A DNA stretch of 64,000 bases from a virus (Duplodnaviria; Caudoviricetes), in IMG/VR virus record IMGVR_UViG_3300028393_004061, positions 14,189 to 78,188 of that record; one strand, 5' to 3'. A program made the position numbers and the translations under genes. The notes below the pieces were generated by a model. The model had not been told where the DNA came from. It saw only the letters and a program-made list of their open reading frames with translations, and made no database searches. This document shows, in pieces, positions 1 through 9,421 of the stretch. Every line of letters starts with the position of its first letter. Position 1 is the first letter of the stretch.

Positions 1-2849
1 AAATTTCCATTAATTTCTGCCATAAAATACAATTTATCATTTATATCAATTAAATAATTTTCTTTAAAATGATTGTCTTCTAATGGAACTGCAACCAAAT
101 TATTAAACCCATTTGCAATTTCTAACGACAATTCCAAGTTACTAGAAGCTTGTAATTTCAATCCTTTGTGACTCAGATATCCTATTTGATTATTCACCAA
201 TCTAAAATACACATCTAATAAAACTCCAATTGAATCACCACCAGTGTAATTTTCTATATAAAATTGATCTAGTGTTTCTGGAACAAATCCCATTATTTTA
301 TATTCAGTTAATGATATTTTTTGATAATTACCAACTTTAAATACTTTTCTGATATCTTGTAAGTCACTATTCAAAACCTTAGTTCTACCTCTTGAAATAA
401 CAGATATAACCCCAGAATTACTTGCGAATATGACATTATTATCTTTATCATATGCAGTATAAGATAAACCACTAGCGTTAGATGATGGTAAAGTTCCATT
501 ATCCTGTAATTGTATATTTCCATTTGGCAATATATTTACGATGCCATATGCAGTAGGAGAATACAAAGGTATTAGTATTTTCCAAGATCCTGTAGTATAT
601 CCTTGATTCACATCCCATAATGATTTAAATGATTTAAAACTATTTCCTTTGTCGGAAAATTCATAAAAATTATCTTGATAAATATTACAATTCCCAACAG
701 ATTCTATAATCGGACTTGAAAGATTAAAAGAAAATACTTTTGGGCTTAAAGAAAGCATTGAAGAAAAATAAGTGTTTGTTTCAGATATTGGCTCAGTTAC
801 AGAAATTAATTCTACTGAATTTTTAAATGGGTTTTCAACAAAATATTCACCAGACAAAGAGCCAGTTAAAATATTTAAAATTGTAGATCCATCATTGCTC
901 ATGCCTAAAGAGTCAAAGAAAACATCTCCGCAATAAAGAACTATTTTGTCGTTATATGCGACCCCAGAACTAGTATGTACAGCAACAGAACTTGCTAATT
1001 CATTTCTTAAAACTTTTGCGTCTGTCAATCCTTTTTTCATGGCTCTATTAAAATAGCTTTGAGCCTGTCCACTAATGATAAAATCATATACAGAATAACT
1101 AACAAGAGCTTCTATATTTTCTTGAGGAGATTCAATTAATTCTGTGAATCCACCATAAACATTCATAACATTTAACACAGCATGAAATGGAAGACTTTCT
1201 TTCAAAACTTCAGACGCTTCTATTATTCTATCATCGCTTAATGATTCTATTTCCAAATCAATATTGTATTTACTACTCAAACTACTAAAGCATGGATCTA
1301 AGAAATCTTTGTCTATATCGCATGGATTTTTTGAATTTCTAATAGAACCATTGTACTCATCCATGTTGTAAATATTTTCACTATAAGGAAATTCAGTTCT
1401 TACCTTTCCAAATATAACATCATCATGAAATAAATTTCTTGTTGGAAGAACAACATCAAACAAAGGATCTCCTTCTTCGATTAATCTTATATTCCAATTT
1501 TTCAAAGGATATTCTTGTTGCCTTTCATCTCTCAAATCAGATAATTGTAAGCTTCTAATATAATTTTCTATAGACTGCTCACCACCAGACATAATTTCTT
1601 TGTATTTATATATAACTCTTATTGCATCTCCAACTTTTAAAGAAATTGGAGATATCGATAGTGATTCTCCAATCCATGTAACAGTAGAAAATCCTTCGGA
1701 AAAACCAAATTCAACATAATCAGAAGTTAATTCAATCCATTCATCTGAATCTACTGCCCTGTAATATAATTCGAAATTATCTAAATCTAAAGGCAAAGCA
1801 ATTTTTTCTAAAAACCATGTGTTGCTATCACCGGAATAATCAAATACTTCTTGCCAAGTATGATTTGATATGACTTGCCATAATCTTGTGTATTTTATAA
1901 ACTTTATCCCAGATTGTTCCAATGATTCTTTCAATCCACCAATAGTTCCATTTTTTTTAAATAATGGTATTGCCCTCTTTATTTGTCTTCTCCAAAGATA
2001 TGGATCATTTGATTTTAACTTTAATGAAAACAAATTTGACAAATATGGCAAAAATGATTCGGTTAAAACATTAGCATCAAATAGATCAATAATTTGATTC
2101 GCATAATTTTCCAAAACAGTAAATCCATCAGCAACAGAAAGGTTCAATTTTTCTAAAGTTTCTGGAGTAACATCAGATGGACTCATTCTCATTTTGAAAA
2201 TTTCTGGAGTATACTTTTCAAGGATTGTTTTATACTTTTCTGGTTTAGTAAAATGACTTGGTATTACAGTATTTATTGATGTATCACCAGCAACATAGAA
2301 TTTTTGATGACTTGACAATGAATCCCCAGCAATCATTGGAGTCCAAGTGATACATACGAAATAATCTCCCTCTCTATAACCATTCGTATCCCAAAGATAT
2401 GTAAAACTACCATATATGGTATTACCATTGGGATCTTCTGTTTCATGCTTTATAAGAGCATTATTTTGATCTGTTGATAACCAAGCTGGATATTCTGGAC
2501 TACCTATAATAAGTGCTGGAACAGCTTCTTTGTAGTAAAATTTTTGCTCTAAAGTAGAACTATCGAGTTCTGCTTTGGCTTTTTTGGCAGCAAAAATATT
2601 TAATTCAGTTGGATTTTCACAAGCTAATTTTTCTGCCACAGTATAGGCAGCAAATTTACCCTTGTCATAGAAATTTTCTAAATATTGATTGAAAGTAGAA
2701 TCTATAAAACTTCTTTCAATAAAATATATTATAACTTTATCTACTTTGTATGGATCTTGAAGAAGACAATTTTTACTATCTGGGCATGTAAACTCAAATA
2801 GTATTTGATCTGCTATTGTTGGATTTTGATCTATTTTTTTAATGTTCAT
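1..2849 (-). CDS. Baseplate wedge protein, gp7/P2 gpI-like (3' end runs off the window; absent from the ORF track)
   Basis: Translated by hand: ATG at 2849, 8 nt after the gp6-like stop. Open to the window edge (MNIKKIDQNPTIADQILFEF...YLSNLFSLKLKSNDPYLWRRQIKRAIPLFKKNGT...). The motif and position after gp6 fit a wedge protein. Confidence 0.75.
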   Translation of the reverse strand, partial: MNIKKIDQNPTIADQILFEFTCPDSKNCLLQDPYKVDKVIIYFIERSFIDSTFNQYLENFYDKGKFAAYTVAEKLACENPTELNIFAAKKAKAELDSSTLEQKFYYKEAVPALIIGSPEYPAWLSTDQNNALIKHETEDPNGNTIYGSFTYLWDTNGYREGDYFVCITWTPMIAGDSLSSHQKFYVAGDTSINTVIPSHFTKPEKYKTILEKYTPEIFKMRMSPSDVTPETLEKLNLSVADGFTVLENYANQIIDLFDANVLTESFLPYLSNLFSLKLKSNDPYLWRRQIKRAIPLFKKNGTIGGLKESLEQSGIKFIKYTRLWQVISNHTWQEVFDYSGDSNTWFLEKIALPLDLDNFELYYRAVDSDEWIELTSDYVEFGFSEGFSTVTWIGESLSISPISLKVGDAIRVIYKYKEIMSGGEQSIENYIRSLQLSDLRDERQQEYPLKNWNIRLIEEGDPLFDVVLPTRNLFHDDVIFGKVRTEFPYSENIYNMDEYNGSIRNSKNPCDIDKDFLDPCFSSLSSKYNIDLEIESLSDDRIIEASEVLKESLPFHAVLNVMNVYGGFTELIESPQENIEALVSYSVYDFIISGQAQSYFNRAMKKGLTDAKVLRNELASSVAVHTSSGVAYNDKIVLYCGDVFFDSLGMSNDGSTILNILTGSLSGEYFVENPFKNSVELISVTEPISETNTYFSSMLSLSPKVFSFNLSSPIIESVGNCNIYQDNFYEFSDKGNSFKSFKSLWDVNQGYTTGSWKILIPLYSPTAYGIVNILPNGNIQLQDNGTLPSSNASGLSYTAYDKDNNVIFASNSGVISVISRGRTKVLNSDLQDIRKVFKVGNYQKISLTEYKIMGFVPETLDQFYIENYTGGDSIGVLLDVYFRLVNNQIGYLSHKGLKLQASSNLELSLEIANGFNNLVAVPLEDNHFKENYLIDINDKLYFMAEINGN

Positions 2850-2857
2850 TTTTTACC

Positions 2858-4411
2858 TTACTCATATACAAATCCTAAATCAATAATATCAGGTCTTATG
2901 ATTTCAAAGAATTTAACAGTTATTATATTAGATGCTTCTGCTGCAATATCCGTATTAAATGTTACATCAACTTTTTTAAGTTCTTTAATATCAGACAATT
3001 CTTTTGTTACATCATTGTCTTTAAGGGCTTGTCCGTATTCCCAACGATAAATACTAAAGAATGATGAAATTCTATTTAATATTTTCACTCTAATCTCGTC
3101 TTCGAACTTTTTATAAAATTTGTCAATTGTTACAGATATATTAACATCTACATTTAATATAACTCCATCTTTTATACAAATAAAGTCGGTTATCATTTTC
3201 TTTGTTTCTAGATAATTATATAATTCTGTTTTCAATTGATCACTTGCGATTTCTAAACCATCTACATTTTTTTTGGCAAGAACATAAAGATCTATTATAT
3301 TGGCAGCACAACCATGATTTCTTAAAACAGCTACAGACTTTCCTATTTGCCCTTGATATGGAGTTACAAATTGATCTGTAATAGTCTTATAGTCTAATCC
3401 AGTTACTGCCCTGTCTTGAGTTCTTAAATAAAAAGGTAACTTTCTACGGATATCTTCAATGGTATCTCCATCATATCCATATTGTGCTTTTGTGTAATTG
3501 TTAAAAAATATTGGAACTTGATAGCCTAATCCAGGGACTGTAACAAGTATCGATTGTTGAACAGAATTAGATACTAAATTACCTATTGTTCCTCCACCAA
3601 TTCTATATTTCAAATTGATAATAGAACCCAAAGAAGGAACCATACCAGCAACTCCATTTCCAAAAATAAAATATGCAGAATAGTTTGAGTCATATTCAAT
3701 TCTATATTCCTTGAGTGGCTTACCCTCAGAAAAGAAATCAACCTTATTCCACAAAGAACCATCTATTTCTACACTTGAAGAATCAAATATTACACCTTGA
3801 TATCTTGATTGCAATACTTGATTTCTAGAACCAGTTCCAGAAATATTTTCTTTTCTGGTTTGTCCTTGCAATCCAATTATACTAGCATTTACCAAAGAAT
3901 TTGCTGGTATTATTATGTCTTCATTGAAAAGAGGATTACCCTCTGAATCTGCTGCAAACAATTCCATCGTAACAGATTCTCCGCCACCATTTACTACAAC
4001 TTTTTGTGGCGTGACAATTGAAACATCAGTGGTTATTGCATTTGTTAGTGATGCTGTCCAATAACTTTTTGCAGCAATAGGAGGAAGTGGATTGTAACCA
4101 ACTAATTTGCACAATCTAAAAGCATTATCTATTTCAGTAACTGTATCTATAAATATTTCATTTGCTATCTGATCCATTTTAAATGAAAGAGTATCAGCGA
4201 CAAATGCCCAATTTTCAAGCAACATAACCGCTAAAGATGATTCGACAAAATCTGTGAATTCATTTCCAAATCTCTGTTGAGTAAATTCTACTAATCTTGT
4301 TTTCATGCTCCAAAAATCTTGATTAGTATAATTTAAATTAAATACATTTGGTTTTTTAAGGAGTTCCGATACAGCATACGGCTTTATGTCAAAAGGACAA
4401 TTATTTATCAT
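2858..4411 (-). CDS. Baseplate wedge subunit, T4 gp6/Baseplate J-like
   Basis: Motifs YTNQDFWSMK, FGNGVAG, GGGTIGN and QDRAVTGLDY are typical of gp6; lies next to gp25. Confidence 0.9.
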   Translation of the reverse strand: MINNCPFDIKPYAVSELLKKPNVFNLNYTNQDFWSMKTRLVEFTQQRFGNEFTDFVESSLAVMLLENWAFVADTLSFKMDQIANEIFIDTVTEIDNAFRLCKLVGYNPLPPIAAKSYWTASLTNAITTDVSIVTPQKVVVNGGGESVTMELFAADSEGNPLFNEDIIIPANSLVNASIIGLQGQTRKENISGTGSRNQVLQSRYQGVIFDSSSVEIDGSLWNKVDFFSEGKPLKEYRIEYDSNYSAYFIFGNGVAGMVPSLGSIINLKYRIGGGTIGNLVSNSVQQSILVTVPGLGYQVPIFFNNYTKAQYGYDGDTIEDIRRKLPFYLRTQDRAVTGLDYKTITDQFVTPYQGQIGKSVAVLRNHGCAANIIDLYVLAKKNVDGLEIASDQLKTELYNYLETKKMITDFICIKDGVILNVDVNISVTIDKFYKKFEDEIRVKILNRISSFFSIYRWEYGQALKDNDVTKELSDIKELKKVDVTFNTDIAAEASNIITVKFFEIIRPDIIDLGFVYE

Positions 4412-4414
4412 ATT

Positions 4415-4843
4415 TTACACTCCTAATGGTATTTCTAACTTTAATTCGTTTATTTTTGTGATTTCCATTCTATCAAAGAATGTGATTCTTATAAGAAGAA
4501 CTTGCTGATTGTTTTTGTCTTCTTCTAATTCGTTTGCACTGCTTGAATCTAATTTTGCTTGAATATAAATATTTTCAATAGCAACTCTTGGCTCCCAAGT
4601 TTGTAAAGACAAAGCAATCATATCCTTTGCTTTTCTTACAACAACTGGGTCGCTTGGATCAAAAAACAATTTTCTTAATGGAGTTCCATATTCTGGTAAC
4701 ATAACTCTTTCTCTTGGATTTGTTAAAAGCAAAATAAGCAAATCTGCTTTAATCAAATCAACATTGTTCTCAATATAAAAAAATCCTTTAGGATTTTTTG
4801 TAATTGGATATGGAATGCCTTTAAAATCTCTTGATATTACCAT
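4415..4843 (-). CDS. Baseplate wedge/sheath initiator, gp25-like
   Basis: LLTNPRERVMLPEYGT...WEPRV is the GPW/gp25 signature. Confidence 0.92.
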   Translation of the reverse strand: MVISRDFKGIPYPITKNPKGFFYIENNVDLIKADLLILLLTNPRERVMLPEYGTPLRKLFFDPSDPVVVRKAKDMIALSLQTWEPRVAIENIYIQAKLDSSSANELEEDKNNQQVLLIRITFFDRMEITKINELKLEIPLGV

Positions 4844-4860
4844 TTTTTATTCACTTTTTA

Positions 4861-7008
4861 TTATTTACACTTCTTTTTAGCGAAAGGAAGCAACTGGAAT
4901 ATACTTACACAGGGATCACTCTTCCTGCAAGTTCCCATCACCCTAGTACTTGCTTTAATTGCACCACTAGATGTATCATACATTAATATTAATCCAATAT
5001 TCGGTGCTGGTTTTCCATCAGCACCTGTCGCATCTTTACCAGCTAATAACAAAATATTGTCTTCTGCTATAAATAAATGAGACTTTTCAGTTATATTTAC
5101 ATAGTAACTTTTAGTATATACAAGTTTAAACTTGCTTATAATTTCAATTTTATTTGATTTAGGAGAAGATTCCCCTATATCTCCAATTACCTCAATTTTA
5201 TTATCTGTAGTTAGAATTATATAGTTGCCAGCAACCCTTAAAAGAACTAATCCAGCACCACTAGCAGACTCCTGATATCTATGAATGTGTGGACCTCTTG
5301 GATTGTCATAATGTGGACAATAAATTTGAATATGTTGAGTTTGTGTCTCTAATTGAGAATTATCATCTTTCATCAAAAATTCCAAACCATAACCAGACCT
5401 TATCTTTACATAAGCCTTTTTAGCAAATGGTGTTGGAACTCCACCTTCTCTTCTATCTGGCCCACATTGTTCATTTGTATGATCAATCATTTCAAAACGA
5501 TGAGTGCTGGTTGATTCCATCGTAATTCCACGCTTTTCTCCAGCCACACATTTGGTTTCATCATGATCATTTAATTCAATTCTATTTCCATGAGCAGATA
5601 AAAGTTTTATTGCATTGTATTCACTTCTTACATTTGGAGTTCCCTCTTTCTCCAAATCACTCATTTCAATCATATGCCCAGTTGCAGATTTCATATACAT
5701 TCTGCCATCAAAGTGATCTGTGCATCCAAAATCAAATGGCTTCATGCTCCTTTCCCACTCTGGTTTTCCAGTTGGATCTTCTACTGAATCATCCATCACT
5801 ATCGTATGGCCAGCAACAGACATTAATTGTATTCCAGATTGTGGCAAATCACATTTATTATTTTGAGGTGTGCCTGTTCCTTTGTATGGACGACATTCAT
5901 TTTGATTTTTGAAATAAGCATTTGCACCAATTTGCTTATTGTAATATTTGGATTTTGGATGACCTGTACTTGGATGACCACCAATGATTTTATCACCACA
6001 GACAGGAATTTCTTTTGCTCCTGTTATAATTGGGGCAATATTATGTGACTTCGCAGATTGTTCTGACAAAGCTATAGCTTGTTGTGATAAATCTTTATTA
6101 TCTTTGTTGAATTGTGCATCTGTAGCTATAATTCCTCTATCTATTCCTAATTGTCGTGCCAAGTCTGGATATGGTTGTTCTGAAACACCATCAACACAAC
6201 TAACATCGGCATCTATTAATCCGCATTCTGGATGCGACCATTGACCACAATAATGAAGATGATCATCTTTCATCATAAGCCAATTTCCGGTACTACTCAT
6301 CAACTCTAATCTTTTCCATTTTCGATTACATTTTGGATCACCATCTACCATTTTTAACATATGCTTTTCTGGAGTTTTAAATCCATAAATGTTTGGATAT
6401 GTGATAAGTTTTTGAGCTTCTGGCTTATCTGCAAAGTCTTGAACTGAGGTTAAGTCAAAACCATTGTAACTTTCTGTGTTCCAAGGAGGCAATACTTGAG
6501 ATTCATCATTTGGTCCTACCAAATAACCTTTTCTATGACCTTCTGAAACTTTATAATATTCATCCATGAGTTGTTCACAACCCCATGTATGCTGCCCTTC
6601 TGGGCCTCTATTTCTATACCAAATTGTTCCTATATAATACGCAGCAGCCCTATGACCATTTTCAAAAACTATAGCAACAAATGAACCAGCAGGAGGAACC
6701 CAACTTAATCCAGAATCATCAAATCCTCCCATCGCAGATATTGGATTTGCCCATGGCAATTCTTTTACTGTTGCATTTGGATGATGTAGAATTGGACTGA
6801 AAAATCTAACTCTGTTTTGCTTCCATATGTCTATAGTTTCTAATACCAATCCAATATGCATTCCAAAAAGCATATCTTTCGTATCTGGAAATTTATTTCT
6901 TTGTTCCGATCTTCCTATTGCCATCTTTGTAAAGTCTGAGTCTCCAACTTGACTCTCTAAAGCTTGCAATTTTCTTTCTAATAAATCAATTTTTTCTTGT
7001 AATCCCAT
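4861..7008 (-). CDS. Baseplate central spike, gp5/VgrG-like (OB fold plus beta-helix repeats, no lysozyme domain seen)
   Basis: N-terminal OB motif (GLVLETID...RVRF...PWANP...VPPAGSFVAIVFENG) and repeated S-x-x-G-H-x-I-x-M-x-D units. Confidence 0.85.
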   Translation of the reverse strand: MGLQEKIDLLERKLQALESQVGDSDFTKMAIGRSEQRNKFPDTKDMLFGMHIGLVLETIDIWKQNRVRFFSPILHHPNATVKELPWANPISAMGGFDDSGLSWVPPAGSFVAIVFENGHRAAAYYIGTIWYRNRGPEGQHTWGCEQLMDEYYKVSEGHRKGYLVGPNDESQVLPPWNTESYNGFDLTSVQDFADKPEAQKLITYPNIYGFKTPEKHMLKMVDGDPKCNRKWKRLELMSSTGNWLMMKDDHLHYCGQWSHPECGLIDADVSCVDGVSEQPYPDLARQLGIDRGIIATDAQFNKDNKDLSQQAIALSEQSAKSHNIAPIITGAKEIPVCGDKIIGGHPSTGHPKSKYYNKQIGANAYFKNQNECRPYKGTGTPQNNKCDLPQSGIQLMSVAGHTIVMDDSVEDPTGKPEWERSMKPFDFGCTDHFDGRMYMKSATGHMIEMSDLEKEGTPNVRSEYNAIKLLSAHGNRIELNDHDETKCVAGEKRGITMESTSTHRFEMIDHTNEQCGPDRREGGVPTPFAKKAYVKIRSGYGLEFLMKDDNSQLETQTQHIQIYCPHYDNPRGPHIHRYQESASGAGLVLLRVAGNYIILTTDNKIEVIGDIGESSPKSNKIEIISKFKLVYTKSYYVNITEKSHLFIAEDNILLLAGKDATGADGKPAPNIGLILMYDTSSGAIKASTRVMGTCRKSDPCVSIFQLLPFAKKKCK

Positions 7009-7017
7009 AAAACATCC

Positions 7018-8502
7018 TTATAAAAAAGCACTTTCCCCAGCAAAATTACCATCACCCTGACCATCTGGATTATAGCCACTATCATTATTTCCAAGTGGAG
7101 CATTGGAAGAAAGTTCTGCGTTTCCTGCTGGGAGAGTGACTTTTAATTTTGTAACAAATTTCCCAGCTTCTATTTGATGATCTACACCTTGAACCATCCA
7201 TCTTTTATTAGACAAAACTGGATTCAATGGTGGATCTGCCAACCATACACATTCGCCAGATCCACCAGTAATTGCAAATGGACTTACTACTGCTATTGAA
7301 ACATATCTTCCTGCAACATCAGCAAGAGTAAACCAACTCGGATCACCAATTATTGTCAATTCTGCTTCTATAGTCTTTTTTAATTCAAGGGATTTATTTG
7401 CCGTAATGTTAGCAGCATTAGCTTCTTCGGCATTTGCAGCACGAACTTCTGGTGGTATAGTATTTGCTTCGGCAGGTATTGATATAGTGTTACCAGAACC
7501 GCTTGGTTCAATTGGAAGTGAGTCTAATGGTGGTTTTGCTTTTATAAGATTACCACTTGAAGATCCACCAGCTACACCGCCATGACCACCAGCATCTAAA
7601 ACCCATTCTATATCTGGGGTAAATGATAATACATTAGAGCAATTTCCCCCATTTACTATGTAGCTTGCTTTAATACCAGAACATCCACAATTTTCACCAT
7701 CGCCAGTACAAGCATCATCTTCTTGTATGATTAATTTTACATCTACTGGGTCATATTTAAAATAAACGCCTTTACCTGATAGTGTTTTAACAACACTTAC
7801 CCAATTTCTTATTGTTGAAAGAAGTGGAAGTTCATTCGCTTGCCATGCTGACTTTGGTCCTTTTCCTTCTTTGTCTTCGCTCAATTCAAATTCTAAGTTA
7901 CCACCATCAGCACTCCTAAATTCAACATCAATAACTGGATCATTGTTATCACAAAGCTGTTTTACTGCTTGTTTTAAATCAATAAGATTATCTTCGCTTC
8001 CCTCGTCTTTTTCCACTCTTCTACTAAAACTTCTGATGAGCAAATCAGTACATGTTAATTTTATTTTCGTAACACCAGAATCAATATTTGTACTTAACTT
8101 TGTTGGCAAAATTTTTATATGTGGTGACTCCGAACCAATCTGGGCTGCTTCTCCACAATTTCTTTTAATCCATCCAAATTTAAACCAACATTGATTTATA
8201 TCTTCGGGAGCTTCTTTAATTGATTTGTTTATTACATCTAAAAGCTCTTTATATCCAGTTGCACCCTCTGCAATAAGTTCGAATTCACAAGTTATTCCAC
8301 CCTGACCTTGAGCAAGACCATATTGCATTGACTTTAATGCAACTTTATGAGGATCTTTATCATATGATTCATTTCCACATTTAAATAACATTCCTTTTAA
8401 ATATAATTCAAAAAAAGGAGCAAAAACATGTCCAGCCATTGGTTTTTCTGGTGGCAAACATTTAAGATATTTAGCTGCTTCTTTTCCTACAGTACAAGCC
8501 AT
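7018..8502 (-). CDS. Baseplate hub protein (gp27/gpD-like)
   Basis: Lies between the LysM-like and spike genes; C-terminal AELTIIGDP...QGVDHQIEAGKFVTKLKV is typical of hub proteins. Confidence 0.7.
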   Translation of the reverse strand: MACTVGKEAAKYLKCLPPEKPMAGHVFAPFFELYLKGMLFKCGNESYDKDPHKVALKSMQYGLAQGQGGITCEFELIAEGATGYKELLDVINKSIKEAPEDINQCWFKFGWIKRNCGEAAQIGSESPHIKILPTKLSTNIDSGVTKIKLTCTDLLIRSFSRRVEKDEGSEDNLIDLKQAVKQLCDNNDPVIDVEFRSADGGNLEFELSEDKEGKGPKSAWQANELPLLSTIRNWVSVVKTLSGKGVYFKYDPVDVKLIIQEDDACTGDGENCGCSGIKASYIVNGGNCSNVLSFTPDIEWVLDAGGHGGVAGGSSSGNLIKAKPPLDSLPIEPSGSGNTISIPAEANTIPPEVRAANAEEANAANITANKSLELKKTIEAELTIIGDPSWFTLADVAGRYVSIAVVSPFAITGGSGECVWLADPPLNPVLSNKRWMVQGVDHQIEAGKFVTKLKVTLPAGNAELSSNAPLGNNDSGYNPDGQGDGNFAGESAFL

Positions 8503-8511
8503 ATCGCCTCA

Positions 8512-8835
8512 TTAGAAAATTGAATTTGGTATGTATATGCTAATACCAGATTTGAAATCATATATGTCTTTTATGTTATTTGCTTCCATAATTTTCCACC
8601 AAAATATGGTTGTTCCATAGAAATCAGCAGATACTAAATCTGGTCTATATTCATATGATTTATTTATTACTGTGTATTTGTCTTGACTACTTGATTCTAT
8701 GTCACTTTTTTTATATGTTGGAAATGTTATGTACTTTTGCGCACCATAGTAAATTACTTCTGAGTCATAATACCTACTACCAGAAGGAACAAATTTTTTA
8801 GCTTTTATTTTTGTATACTCTATATTGTTTGCCAT
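8512..8835 (-). CDS. Baseplate wedge gp53/LysM (tail X)-like protein
   Basis: YEYRPDLVSADFYGTTIFWWKIMEANNI...IYIP motif. Confidence 0.85.
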   Translation of the reverse strand: MANNIEYTKIKAKKFVPSGSRYYDSEVIYYGAQKYITFPTYKKSDIESSSQDKYTVINKSYEYRPDLVSADFYGTTIFWWKIMEANNIKDIYDFKSGISIYIPNSIF

Positions 8836-9407
8836 TATTCGGTTTCTCCCCTTACAACATCATCTGCATATGGTAATTTACTAGATTTATATACAGCTTC
8901 AAAAGTCAAAGAAACATCTAATTTATAAGGTATTCCAGTATCTTCATCCCATGGAACGCCTGGATCAAACTTAACATTATAACTTTTTAAAACTACGCAC
9001 AAATCGTTTTTTTCCAATAGATCAAAACATTTTAATTTCATTATTGGAGGAGGAGAATAAAAGCCACCAGTTCCTTTTTCTGGATAGACATGAGCCTCTA
9101 GCCATCTTAATGTTTCTAAAATGGCTTGGGCAGATTGATTTCCACTTTCTTCTTGTACAAACATATGTAAATCTACATTTATAGATCTATTTTCAGAATA
9201 AGCATAGTTTTTAAATGGTGCAGTTCTTCCTATTGCTGATTCATCTGTATAATTTGCTGATTTAGAATCACTTATATCTGGGATATTATCAAAAATTAAT
9301 TTAGTGTTATTACCCATCGAATACATTGGTCCATTTGATTGTAAATCGCTTTCTATATAGCAGTTTTCTATTGGTTGTAAATTGCCACCTTTAAGTGTTG
9401 CTTTCAT
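8835..9407 (-). CDS. Tail tube initiator / CIS-tube-like protein (gp48/gp54-like)
   Basis: IGRTAPFKNY...PPPIMKL...LKSYNVKF...VSLTFE, immediately downstream of the tape measure gene. Confidence 0.7.
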   Translation of the reverse strand: MKATLKGGNLQPIENCYIESDLQSNGPMYSMGNNTKLIFDNIPDISDSKSANYTDESAIGRTAPFKNYAYSENRSINVDLHMFVQEESGNQSAQAILETLRWLEAHVYPEKGTGGFYSPPPIMKLKCFDLLEKNDLCVVLKSYNVKFDPGVPWDEDTGIPYKLDVSLTFEAVYKSSKLPYADDVVRGETE

Positions 9408-9421
9408 GTCATCCTTTTATT

